Below, in pieces: positions 24,196-36,471 of a stretch of DNA of 64,000 bases. The stretch covers positions 2,542,001 to 2,606,000 of the forward strand of contig JAMWBK010000002.1 of assembly GCA_029953675.1 (NCBI GenBank), given 5' to 3'. This DNA is from Rhodosorus marinus CCMP1338 (lineage: Eukaryota > Plantae > Rhodophyta). Position numbers and translations under genes: made by a program. Within the stretch, counting starts at the first letter, position 1, and each line of letters begins with the position of its first letter. The notes below the pieces were generated by a model. The model was not told the origin of the DNA, made no database searches, and worked only from the letters and a program-made list of their open reading frames with translations.

Positions 24196-25415
24196 TTGTT
24201 TCCAGTACCTTTCTGTCCAAGATTTTAACGGCCAAATCCTATCTACGAGTTCTGTACCCCTCCATCTCGTCCTGGATGCAATCTCTTCAACGCAGACTCC
24301 ACCTCACAGGTTTGCGTTCAAGCCATCAGCGGAGAACGATTCACGCGAGAGGGGCCATCAGAGCACGTCAAAAAGGGGAAACGTCCTTCGAACTCTTGGC
24401 TCCCGGGTGTTCATACATAGCCTTTGATTCATCATCTCAGGCGAAGCCCAATGGATTCCAAAGCGGAGGAAACCTGAGGAAGTCCACGATCGCCAAAAGG
24501 AACCGTTCAAGGTGGGGGATCCACCTGGAAGGCTTATCGGATGTCGTCGGAAGGCTGTTTAATACCTCGCTTTGAAGCGTTTGCGCAGCGTCATCTAGAC
24601 GAGAGCCCGGTCTTGAACACAACCCCAAACGTCTCGAACAAACTTCACTAAAACCCCTCCAGCAACATCGCCCTACACACCCTACCCCCCAAAACATCAA
24701 ACAAAAACCACCTCGAACCTTTCTAACGGAAAAAAACACTCATTTTCCATCACCCAAATTCCCTCTCCTCCCCCTCTTTACGTTGCAAGTCCATCTTAAT
24801 CGTTTCACCCTCGGCAATAGTCGATATTTCATACACCATTCAATAAAATCTCCCCTGAATCTAATTTCAGCTTCAGGGTGATAAACTCTTCAAAAAAGTT
24901 ATGACTATTCATGACAGCTGCCTTTTTATATTAGTTCCCAATCTAAGATTGACAGGTGATTGTCTCTTCGGTTTTTGAGGCTTTCTTTTTTTCAGGTATC
25001 ATGGGCCGCGATCGATGGATTCGATCTTGGCCATATAAAAGTAATTAAAACTTTGGAAAAATCTTGGGAACAGCTCTCCACGCACGGTGGCGTTGGGAAT
25101 CGAGTTTTTTTGGTGGGGTTTTTTGCGGAGAGGGAAGATGGGGCGAGTCGCGTTGCGGTGGGTGGGATTACATATTTTTGGGATTTCTCTCTCGCGCGCG
25201 TGTGTGTGTGTGTTCCATTTGTAATTGGTTTGGTTTGTGAAGAGAGCCGATTTCATCGAAACCTTTGTTTCATTCGCTACCCCCTGTTCTAGTTGAGAAA
25301 ATTTTTTGGGGGGGGGGGCGGGGTGGGGGTTACGAGGGGGTAGGGGTGGGGGTGGTGGGGTTTTGGCTTGGAGGCTACGGAAGATCCCTTGGGGACAAAA
25401 GAGAACGGAAAGACT

Positions 25416-28020
25416 ATGGAGCGCTCTGCTGCTTTTACGACGTCTGTGATTTCGGTTCGGAATGTCTCGGCCGGGGGTTTCGTGGCTCGGGCGGGGGGGT
25501 TTCGCTCCGTTCGATGCTCCCGACGCGTTTTTTCGAAGGTGAGGATGGATGTCAAGTTTGCGGATGAGGAGACCAAGCTGGAGGTGAAGACGAGGGATGT
25601 TTTCATGCCAGCACTTAGCTCCACGATGACCGAGGGGCGTATCGTCCAATGGTTGAAGCAGCCTGGAGATTTTGTGGATGTTGGAGAGATTATTATGGTC
25701 GTTGAGAGCGATAAGGCGGATATGGATGTGGAGTCCTTCGAAAAAGGTGACTACACACTTTCTGCAGACTCATCTGCGGATTCTGAGGTTAACTGATAAA
25801 TATCATCGCATAGGCTATCTTGCTCAGATCCTGACAGCCGAGGGTGAGAGTGCTGGCGTGGGGGCTACAGTTGCACTGCTAGCAGAGACTGAGGAGGATA
25901 TTCAGAAGGTAGGGAATTAATGTATGTATTCTTGAGTCCGCAGTCTGGATTCCAAGTTCTAATCAGAGTGATGTGTCCGACTCGCACAGGTCATCGACTG
26001 TGGTACAGAGTGCATTGTGCCGGGCTCAAATCATCGACATGATGGAACTACGGTTGTCGATCTTGACCATCAAGAAAGTGCATCCGCTGAACCCGCCGCA
26101 CCGGCGGCACCAGCTGCTCCCGCAGCTGAGAAGCCCAAAAATGTTAAGGAGGTCTTTATGCCGGCGCTTAGCTCGACTATGACGGAAGGAAAGGTTGTTC
26201 AATGGCTCAAGAAGGAAGGTGAAAAGATCGCAGTTGGAGAAAGTGTCATGGTAGTCGAGAGCGATAAGGCGGATATGGATGTCGAATCGTTTGAAGAAGG
26301 AATCGTCGCGCATATTATGGTTGATGAGGGTGACTCCACGAATGTAAGGAACTTCCGAGACCTTTGATTTCCGCTGCTCCTCTGTCCTTATCTGGCAACC
26401 CAACCCGTGCGTCAAAGTAAGCTAAGGATTCCCAACAATTCTTCTCTTACTACAGGTTGGAGAAGTTGTAGCTTATCTTGCCCCGTCAGAAGCGGAAGCT
26501 AGCGCCGTAAAGAGCTGGGCATCATCTCTCGGTAGTGGCCCGACGTCGGCTCCCGCTTCAGCTCCCGCGGTATCTGCGGAGGCCGCTGCTGCGAAGCCTG
26601 CAGCACCTGCGGCAGCGCCAGCCAGCTCTGCTTCGGTATTGAACCAGCTCCAGATCGTGTCACACTGTATGGACAAGGTGCCCATGGTTCTGATTACAAC
26701 TCCCCGTTTCCCGTAGGTCGTAAATGAAGGGCGGGTTGTGGCATCGCCCTATGCTAGGAAACTCGCAGCTGAGAACGGAATTGACCTCAAATTCGTGCAA
26801 GGGACTGGGCCAGGAAGGAGAATTATTGCTGAGGATGTAGAGGCGGCCAAGTCATCCGGAGCCGCAGCGGCGCCTGCCGAGGCGCCTGCTTACAAGTCCT
26901 CCAAGGTCTATGCTACTCCTGACGCGAAGAAGGTCGCTAAAGCAGAAAAGATTAACCTGGACAACGTTACAGGAACTGGCAACTTTGGTCGTATCACGGC
27001 TGTTGATGTCCTCAAGGCTGCTGGCAAAGCACCGGTGAGTGGGCGTGCAAGTAGAATTCTGCGGCGGCTCAGAAAAAGTCAGTGTGCGAGGGTTCGTTCT
27101 AATTTGAATCACGTTGCTCCCGTTAGGTCCAGAAAGAGGCCCGCGCAGAAGAGAAGGCTCCGGCGGCGAAGAAGAAGGGAAAGAGCGATGGGCCAGCAGA
27201 AGTTCTGGATGGTGCAGTTCCGATGACTGCGATGCAGAAGGGAATCGCGAAGAACATGATGGCGACTCTCGGAGTACCCGTCTACTCCGTTTCTTACGAA
27301 ATTAACACTACAGCCTTCGATGAGCTGTATGCGAAAGTGAAAGCAAAGGGAGTTACGACATCTTCCCTCCTGGCGAAGGCGGTCGGGCATGTCCTAAAGG
27401 ATCATCAGATCTTGAACGCGCGATACGAAGAAGGTGATACTCATATCTACAAGAAGGCTGCCGATATTGGCGTTGCTGTGGCAACCAAGGGAGGTAAGCT
27501 GTGCATCGGACGTGGCAGAGCTTATCTGTCGTGGGTCTTAATCTCCTCGTTTCCTTGCTTGCTAGGACTGGTAACACCCGTTCTGAGGAATTGCGCGGAA
27601 ACCGATATCTACAGTTTGTCCCGCTCGTGGAAGGTGAGTTCCACTGCCACCATGCCTGTGCTCGAGTTCTCTACTAAGCTTACTTCGTTGTATTGCTTGC
27701 AGGAGCTGGTTCGAAAGGCGGTTGAGAAGAAACTCACCGGAGCTGACATGAGCAACGCGCACTTCTACATAAGCAACCTAGGCATGTTCGGTGTGGAGCA
27801 TTTCAATGCCATCCTCCCAAAGAACGCGGGAACGATCTTGGCCGTATCTGCCTCGAAACCGAAGGTCGTGCTGCAGAAGAACGGTCTTATTGGCGTCGAA
27901 AAGTTCATGAATGTCAATGCCACCTGCGATCATAGGGTGATTCAAGGAGCAGACTTGGCTGGCTTCCTCCGCGACCTTGCAGATTTCATAGAGAACAGTA
28001 TTGACGAAGTAATGTATTGA
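25416..28020 (+). CDS. Plastid pyruvate dehydrogenase E2 (dihydrolipoamide acetyltransferase)
   Basis: Transit peptide MERSAAFTTSV...; two MPALSSTMTEG...VESDKADMDVE lipoyl domains (plastid/cyanobacterial type); two E3-binding repeats (ASPYARKLA...GRI, ATPDAKKVA...GRI); catalytic DHRVIQG. Confidence 0.95.
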
Positions 28021-28154
28021 ATTGAGGCCCGCTGAAAAACAAAACTTTTCATGAACAAAACAGAACTTTGCTCGGTCACATTTATAAAAGAGAGAAAGCC
28101 TAAGAGTTACAAAGTCAAGAGAGTATGTGCAGAGAGTTTTAGGTATCTGAATAG

Positions 28155-29053
28155 CTACCGAAATTCTTCGCTGAGGGGGGCTTTGGTCAGCTTGAGATCT
28201 CCTCTCAGCTCGTCCAAGTCCTTCCCGAAGAGGGTCTCGTAGTGAACAGACAGGAGGTTTGCGCATTTTGCGCCTGCATCCAGTGCCCATGGAGTCAGGT
28301 CGTTTGCCAGGTGCAGCTGCTGAGGCGTACTGAGCCTAAATGAAGCGAACTAGAGCGAGAACAGCAGGTTTGTGGAGTGAGTGTCGAGGTACAGAGTATA
28401 GAATGTCTAGGAGAAAACAAAGAGCTAAGGGTTGTGGCTTTTGGCAAGGTGATACTTACGGAAGCTGAGAGTAGTGTACTAGGCAAACCAGTGTGCGCCC
28501 ATTCGAACCACTTTAGGGCTAGTTCGCCTAGAATTGATGGAGGAAGATCCACCAAGACATGCCAAAAGTCGTGGACTTGACGATACCTCTAGACAGATGG
28601 GAATTTTTCGGAGCCGGAATGTCATCGTTGGTGAGTGTGCGCTCGGCCATTTGGCACTCTTCACTGCATGCTATTAATTCTTACCAGCATCACATAAGCC
28701 AGGTCTTCACTCTCAACGAATCTAACAATGCTTCTATCATCCGGTGAGAAGTTCCTCTTCAGCATGAAGTCCGCGTACGCCGCACCGAAAGTACCCTCCG
28801 GACACTCCCGCTTCAACCTCTTTGGTGAGACCGTCTCAGACGATATGATCGCACGCTCTTTCAATAACAAGGACCCCTCCGCTGACGCCTCCATCCTCCG
28901 CAATAGCCGCTGCAACGCGGCCGATCCCGTCGTCTCCCCAAGCGCAGCCACAAGATCACCACGCGCTGGATTCCGCACCGCTAGCAGAGCAGATCCAATC
29001 GCAACAGATGCCCTGCCAAGCTGCGAAAGCGGCTGATATTGATGGTAACTCAT
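28155..29053 (-). CDS. COQ4: Ubiquinone biosynthesis protein COQ4
   Basis: NPARGDLVAALGETTG, PEGTFGAAYADFM, GELALKWFEWAHTGLP, and a last exon ...GAKCANLLSVHYETLFGKDLDELRGDL...; stop at 28155-28157. The start may extend further upstream. Confidence 0.93.
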
Positions 29054-29775
29054 GAATGCTCCAAGAAACTCACCCCACTCAGAACCCTACCTTGCCCAAA
29101 CCCAGCTCAGTCAAATGCCGTTCACCCTTTCCGTTTACGAAAGGAAGTCAGCCGTTGATCGTTTTATACAGATATTTAAGAGTCACTTCCAACGTTCAGT
29201 CTATTTTACCATAATGATTGCACATCTCTATGAAAAAGAAAGTAATTATTGTTCAGTCTCTTTAAAAGACTGAATTATATCTGACACTTTTCTGCTGACA
29301 TGGATTGGCGTACGGTGTGGACTTCTGTCCCCGGTTGAGGCCTTACAAGGGCGACGCGCTCATTTAGAAAGCAAGACCCCACGAAAAGCGTGACGCCAAC
29401 ACAACAATGCTCTGTACCTCTGTACTAGTACCACTCAGGGCAACGGTACCCGAAGGGCATCGACTGGTCTGGTGTTACACTTTGCTTCCCATGGCCTGCT
29501 GCTTCCTGTCAGATTACAATAGGAAAAGATTCGTACGGGGGGTAGGTTGAGCACCTACCCTCCTCTGCCAGAACGAACCCTGGATTAGCCGAGCCCTACT
29601 CCAAATGAATCCTAATCAGCGCCACTGTATATAGCAGCTGGCTATGCTGCTGGGCAGTTGTTAAGATGGACTGATCGCTCTGATTTTGGGACAACGTAAA
29701 GATTCCGGTTCTGAGCTTCTTTGGTCTCTGAGTTTTTAATATATTGCGACCCGTCTGATCGCTCTGTAGCTCCAG

Positions 29776-31001
29776 ATGAGTCGTCAAGAATGGATTCTTG
29801 TAGTTGGATCGTCGAATGTTGACCAGATCGTGAGGACTGATCGGCTCCCGAACCGTGGTGAGACCGTGCTAGGGGATGATCTGACGATCTTGGTCGGTGG
29901 AAAGGGAGCAAATCAGGCTGTGGCTGCAGCGCGGCTGAGCACGTGTGTTGTCGGATTCGTAAGTAGTGTTGGAAACGATCCGCATGCTAGCCGGGTGAAG
30001 TCTGCGTTAGAATCTGAGAATGTCTCCTGCAGGTAAGCTGTTGACGACGCGGTGATTCTTTAGAAGGGGCTACTTGTTGATGTTCTGTTTGTTGAACGTG
30101 TTGTTGATGGGACCTACCAAGGTTTATTGTCGACGAGATGAGACCCACGGGGACAGCCTTTATCAACGTGGACAAGACCACAGGAGACAACACTATAGTC
30201 GTTAGTGCAGGGGCGAACATGAGCGTCGAGTCCGAAAGTATATGCAAGGCTGTTGATCGCCTCACTGATCAGTACAGTTGCCCACCAAGAATAGCTCTCT
30301 TTCAACTAGAAATGCCAGTCAAGGTATGCGCTGAGGTTGCTCATAAGCTGAGGAAGTCGGGGTCTATGATCTTGCTCAACCCATCCCCAATTGGTCAGCT
30401 ATTCGAATACTTGGACATTTTGGATAACATCGACATTCTCATAGTAAACGAAGAAGAACTGCAGCAGCTGGCCTTGACAGGCTTCCAATTGGATACAAAG
30501 TAAGACCTCTTCGCCCATCTACATCAAAATGGCTTGCCTGATCTCTGAACTTGGAAAACAAAATCCGTTCCATTTTTTTCAGATTACGGTACAACCAGAA
30601 CATTGAGTTCGTTAAAGCGACTGTGAAAGCTGTTGAGAGTAAATTCGCCGGGAAGGTTTTTGCAACACTTGGATCGACAGGTGTCATTGTAGAGGACGCC
30701 TTAATAGACGCGTACAAGCCCGAAACTGTTTGCGATACTGTCGGAGCTGGGGACTGCTTTGCGGGAGCTGTCGCAGCCATCGTGTCTGAAAACGCGATTC
30801 AAGGAATTCCTCATGAGTAAGTGAACAAACTGTAATTCTTCTCTGGGCGTACGCAACCTTCGCCCTGAAGATCATCAACTTGTCTGCAGTTGGCAAGAAA
30901 TTGCTCGTTTTGCAACTACGGCCGCCGGCCTCTCAGTATCCAAAGCGGGCGCTCACACAGCACCACAACGTGAGGCGGTGGACGCTATTTTACGTTGCTG
31001 A
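29776..31001 (+). CDS. RBKS: Ribokinase (PfkB family)
   Basis: VVGSSNVD, GGKGANQAVAAARL, PTGTAFI, LFQLE, LLNPSP, IVNEEE and DTVGAGDCFAG. The last exon ends AVDAILRC* at 30999-31001. Confidence 0.92.
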
Positions 31002-32145
31002 CAACCCCAAAATGCTAACTGACTCGTAGACAGCCTGTCAAAAAACGATGCGAGCAGAAGAACAGAATTTCCTCCAGATAATAACACCATCAGTCAGACA
31101 ACGCGCCCTACCTACACCGAAAAGTACGGACAAGAATAACAATACATTTCACAAAGCAAGGGAAAAAAAATTTTCCATGTTGCATATTGCCCATAAGCTC
31201 ATACAACCGTCGTCTTCATCGAAAAACCTGAATTCCTTGATGTAAAGGACGGTTTGCTGACACGATTTCAGCCCCATCTCCCTTCCCCCCCTTCCCCCGA
31301 AACGGCAAGTTTTTACTCCGCTAAGGTGCATCCATCGATCCCCCTAGTCGCCATGGCCGTTACAACCCCAACCGTTTCCTCTATTTTTTTTTCCATCAAT
31401 CACCACCTCCGATCGCGTTTTAGACGTATAAATTCGATTTATAAGACATTAATTATCAATACACATTGAAAAAATCACTTTTATTAAATATTAAAGTCAG
31501 AAAAAATAGTATGAGTTTGGCATGTTTTCGTCGACGTTATGGTCTGTTTTTATCTCACTCAACCAAAAACCAGACAAAAATATCCGATTCGAATTTTCCG
31601 TCTTTTTTGGCTTTCCCACACACCTCTCCTCCCCCCCCCTTCCAAACCAATTTGGAAGTGTGACGTTCCAGAAGTTAAAAGCTTCAAGATTTTCAAGTGG
31701 TCTGGGCCTTTCCCACCTATCAGCTCTTCCTTTTTTTTTTGGTAGGAACATCACTTTTCACGAACGGAAAGCGAGACAGCTGTCTGAAAATAGAGACTGA
31801 TATCAACAAAAAGTTATTTCATTATTATATAGCTCCAGTCTTTATAAACTATATTGACTGATAATCGTTTACGCATTGAAGCTGGCTATGCTGATGGTGA
31901 GCTTCGTGTGTACAATGGTACTGAATTATTTCTTTTCTTTTGATAAGGGGGAGAACGGGAAGGAATGGAAAAGATCCGTAGGATTCACACAAGGGGTGGG
32001 GAGAGCAAGTGTTGAGTGTCTGGAATCCTTGTATATATTATCTAAATTAAGTTGTATTTGGTTCTCCCTGTTCTGCAGAGGAGTGCTGGTATGGTCTGTC
32101 CATATTTAGTGGGATGGAGGGACGGGCCGGGAGAGAGAGAATGCA

Positions 32146-32168
32146 ATATATATATATATATATATATA
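32146..32168. repeat. (AT)n microsatellite
   Basis: About 11 AT dinucleotides. Confidence 0.85.
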
Positions 32169-32709
32169 ATTTTTTGCTGATTGAATTTACACGAAATTTC
32201 TGTCCTCCCGGCTGTTTTGAGCCAGAAACCTTGGGCCAAGAAAGAATGCCACTGTTCCTCGACTTACTTATGCCTCCGTAAGCTGCTGAAGAAAAGGGGG
32301 TAGAATCGATGGGCGTATCCTTCCTAAATACTGATAATTATTACTAAACTAAAGATTTATTGGGAGAGGATTTACATCAGGGGTGGGAAGGGCATGTCCT
32401 ACTTTTGCGTTTGGGGAATGAGTTTGAATTGTAGTAGAATTATGGATGGCTAGATATGGAAACAAAGCCGGAACACGGATGGGAGTTTTACTATTCGAGG
32501 AAACGGATAGATTCGGCAAAGCGGCAGCAGTAATATATTTGTTCATGGATGGAAAATTTCGGGGAAGGAGGGGGGGAGGGTGGGAGGGGATGGAAGACGG
32601 GAGAGTGAGGAAAGGGTTAGAGCGGAGGTTGGACGATTGAAGAAGAGAAGAGGAACCGATTGGGTTTGTGGGGAGTAGAGAAAGAAATTTTGTGCGAGAA
32701 GAGTGCGTG

Positions 32710-33144
32710 ATGATAATGGACGCACCACCACCGCCGCCACCACCGCCACCGCCACCGATGGCTGGAGGTGGACCACCTCCGCCGCCCCCGCCACCACCAC
32801 CTGCCGCGGGAGGTGGAGCGCCACCGCCGCCCCCGCCGCCGCCCCCAGCGGTTGAGGCACCAGCTCCACCGGCGGCGCCCCCACCAGCGCCAGTCGAGGT
32901 AGCTGCTCCTGCGGAGGTTGAGGCACCGGCTGTGGAAGCTCCTGAAGAGATTGCACTACCGGCAGTTGAAGCTCCAGCTGTGGAAGCTCCCGTGGAGGAG
33001 GCGCCCGTTGAGGCTCCCGCCAAGGTGGAGGCTCCCAAGCCTGAACCAACAAAGGAGAAGCCCAAGGTTGAAGCGAAGGCAGCACCAGCTCCTGCGGCTG
33101 AGGAGAAGAAGAAGGAGAAGAAGGGATGCTGCGTGATTTCATAA
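32710..33144 (+). CDS. Poly-proline / Ala-Glu-Pro-rich protein ending in a polybasic CCaaX motif
   Basis: MIMDAPPPPPPPPPPPMAGGGPPPP...(VEAPA)n...EEKKKEKKGCCVIS*. Intronless, with a G/A-rich leader. Confidence 0.75.
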   Translation: MIMDAPPPPPPPPPPPMAGGGPPPPPPPPPPAAGGGAPPPPPPPPPAVEAPAPPAAPPPAPVEVAAPAEVEAPAVEAPEEIALPAVEAPAVEAPVEEAPVEAPAKVEAPKPEPTKEKPKVEAKAAPAPAAEEKKKEKKGCCVIS

Positions 33145-34168
33145 GTTTTTGTGACTTGTGGGCTCTTCTCCATGCGAGTTGTTGGATGACTATGTCGGAG
33201 TCTTCAACATCAAAAGAGCCTAGGAGATCTTGATCGATCTTACCGAACGTGGTTTGGTGCATTTTTCGAGCGCCTACGCAAATTTTGGCTGCGAGGCCTA
33301 CGACCAGACTGGTCGAAGCTTCCAATTCTTTTTTTTTGATGATTTGTTGTCAACGTGGGCTCAGGATTGTCCTATTGTAACTCATACCGCAATAGTGTTT
33401 CATTAAATATGAAATTTTTGTCCATTTCGCCGTCCCAACTGGATTTAATACTTGGGAATGTTTGAGGAGCTAAAGTCGCGGTCTACAGCGTACCTTGAGC
33501 GCTGATCTTGGTCTTGGACATTGTGTCCATCGGGACTGGAGGCCACACAAGCTGGCTCTTCAGTGTCCTCACTACTTTTCAGTGTCCTCACTGAAGAACC
33601 AACTCGTGTGGCCTCTGTGTGTAGTTGTGTGGCTTCAGAGCACCCTATTCCTATTTCTCCTGCTCGATGAGCTAAACTAACTGATAAGGGATCAGTCAGT
33701 TCAGCTCAGCACGAGTGAGCCCTCCGATGCTCTTCGCTTCTGCCGCGACGATATGTCAACATGTCTTCTGCGCTTATAAGAAGATGCACGCAGATGCCCA
33801 TGCACTGGACCAAACACAATCCCTTTCCGCACAAGCCTACCGTTTACTGACTATAAGATATAGAACGTGGAATACGGCCGGTACGAGTTCAGGCTATCGT
33901 AAGCTCCACGATGAGGTGGCGCGAACCCACATCGTTCGCTGTGAGGACGCAGAATCGAACTCGCCCCATTCCATTCATTCAAGAAACTCAAGCTGTAATT
34001 TATTTGCTCTACAGTCAAGTTAGCTGGAAACTCCAACCACAAACTGTTAATAGAGAGATATCCTCAGTTAGACTTTTCACATTATACAAAGTTACACGGA
34101 GACCCAATTCAATAGCGTCTTTCCTCGCAAACGCAGGAATCTTGGACCTCCGATAAGTCAACGGTGCC

Positions 34169-34429
34169 TTAGTGCATGGAAACCTCCCGGCATTCGCCTG
34201 CTTTCCTACAATCACCGCACAGACTTCTTGAACGCTTACACAACGTTTCCATCTCCTCAACCATTCCCCCCGAGAAGGGCGCGCTGTTAACCATTGCTAC
34301 GGACCTTCTCGTTTCGCGCAGCTCCGACTTCGCAGCCAGGGTTACATCGCTCCTCTTACATATCGCGGCTTCCTTAGCACCTCTGGGTGCCTCAGTCACC
34401 CCCGCAGCCCCCGCTACAAAGGTCCACAT
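34169..34429 (-). CDS. Putative plastid-targeted small protein (may continue through introns)
   Basis: MWTFVAGAAGV... resembles the local transit peptides, and a C/A-rich tract at 34430-34700 matches the minus-strand leader pattern. The mature part is not recognised. Confidence 0.3.
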   Translation of the reverse strand: MWTFVAGAAGVTEAPRGAKEAAICKRSDVTLAAKSELRETRRSVAMVNSAPFSGGMVEEMETLCKRSRSLCGDCRKAGECREVSMH

Positions 34430-36471
34430 CTTCAAAAACAAAACCCAAATAACAACTTTCAACCACCACCAAAGCTAGTCAGTCACTCATTCCCACGTGC
34501 ACAACCTTTTCCAACACCTCAAGATCAACGGCATTAACCTCTTGTCGTCCAAAACTCACACCATACTAGCAGCCTCCTACGAGCACTTGCCCTTTCCTCC
34601 TACCGCATGAGTAAGATCTACACATGCATGATCCAAACCTTTATACACCAACCCCAATAGCCCCAAGTGCTTCCCGATCCCTCCGCTCCGCACGAACTCC
34701 ACCGCCATGCCATTCGGCTTCAGAAATCAATCCCTCAAAAAACAGCCTCTAAACCAACCAAAGAAAAATTACAGCTCTCCTGCGCAAAAAAAAGCGCCCT
34801 TATGAATCGCCAAAACGTAGCATAGAATACAATCCACGCCACCCCCCTATTCCACTCGGAATGAATCCTGACAGTTGAGCGCTACCCATCCATACGTTCT
34901 ACCCAAAATCCAAGATAACCCACAGTTGCTATTTTTGGGGGGGATTTAGTACCATTTGTGGTGGAAACATAAGGGGGTATATGCACCAGGGTTTTTTTTG
35001 CTTGCGAGCTCCCCGTGCCCTATAAAAAGTTTCAGGTGCGCCGGGGGTCCGCTTTGGAGGGCTCCGGGAGAGGAGGTCAGCGAGCTTTCATTTTGAATAT
35101 AATTTTAAATCTGCGAGAGGAAGTGGCAACCTGCTTTCGTGCGGAAGTTAGAATATTGAAAATAGACATGTTTATTAGGGATGTCTAGCTAAGTACATTA
35201 TATACAGGAAGGTAGAAATGTGTTTATGGGGAATCGGAAGGAGAGGTTTTTCCCGGCCGGGAGCTGTGTCATTAGGTGGAGATGCGTATTTAGAAAAAGA
35301 TTAATTTTTTTTGCTCCTCCGCGTTAAAGTTAAACTGGTGTTTCAGGGGGTTTGATGCCTGGTGACGCTCATCTTCATAATCTGCGGTTATACTTCCTGC
35401 ATGATGATTGGAGAGAATAAATTGAAAATGGATGCAAAACGGGAAGATCTGTAACGGACTCTGAAAAATTGTGTTTATTTGATATCCGTATCTGAGCAGA
35501 TAGTACTGCATAATCTGGGCATTTGGGGGAATACGCAAAGCATCATTTACTTAGGTTTGAAAAAACGAGAAATATAGAGCTGCGGTTCCTTAATAAAGGA
35601 TAAGAATATCTGAAGAAATAGCGAAGGCGGAGGAAAATTTGGGAGATTTTCATTTCTGGGTTTGTTGAAGATTTGAATTGTGATTATCCAATCGATAGAA
35701 CGCTAGATACTATGAAACGTTTTATTGGTAAACACCTGGCCAATAATCATGTAGGAAAGGCGTTTGGCACCAAGGGAACGAGTGGACTCGAGTGTCCCAA
35801 TTTTGGGTTCCGTATTAAAACCTATGTGTGCATGAAACCAACTTGGTTTCGTCAAAAATGTTCTTGCGGACTGAACAAGGGAAGCGCAACTGAGAAGACC
35901 AAAATTGATGTACCGAAACAGAAAAATTCTCCATGGCACCTGGAGATGCTCTTGAGGGGGTGAGGTGCCTGCGAAAAGATTGATGCGACGAATTTCCAAG
36001 CTAATGGACGCGCATCCAGATTTTTTGGAACGGGTTTTGTATCGAGGATAGTTCTAACGGTGTGGCGATAATACCTACGTTTGCACTGCGGAAATCTGCA
36101 CGAACAGCGGGAGTGGGCGTGTGGGACAATTTTCACTAGCACACCAATTGTGGATCGCCAAATCGCCCGGAATATAAGTGTGTGTGAGAGTATATTGACG
36201 TGTATGGGTTTAGATTTGTTTGTTGCGAGCGTGCATGCCCAGCTTGCTTTAATCTCAACCAAGGGTTTACATTTCCGAGCAGCTGTCCCAACTGTTGGTT
36301 GTTTCATTACGGAAATTGCGACATTACCAAAACCGTTGATTCAGTGATTATTCGACTATGTTGATAGGCTGTATTCTCGTGTGGCCTGATATGCTCTTTC
36401 TTTAAGTTTACGGCCTTCATATACCCTCGCCAGCGGACCGTCCTTAAATCTGTGGCGTTCAACGCCGCTTA

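Noticed and set aside
23943-24739. + strand 210-aa ORF and neighbours
   Set aside because: Overlap COQ7 antisense and its promoter; no recognisable domain.
24999-25649. 216-aa minus-strand ORF
   Set aside because: Spans the G-rich leader and first exon of PDH E2 in antisense; a low-complexity artefact.
32349-33325. 274-aa and 260-aa minus-strand ORFs (Gly/Ala-rich or Gln/Pro-rich)
   Set aside because: Shadows of the repetitive + strand poly-Pro gene. The + frame has ATG, a leader and a meaningful CaaX end.
33559-33592. 15-bp direct repeat TTCAGTGTCCTCACT x2
   Set aside because: A small local slippage duplication with no further structure.
33930-33970. tRNA-like GTTCGATTC motif on the minus strand (similar motif near 40570)
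   Set aside because: The T-stem does not pair and no cloverleaf can be built.
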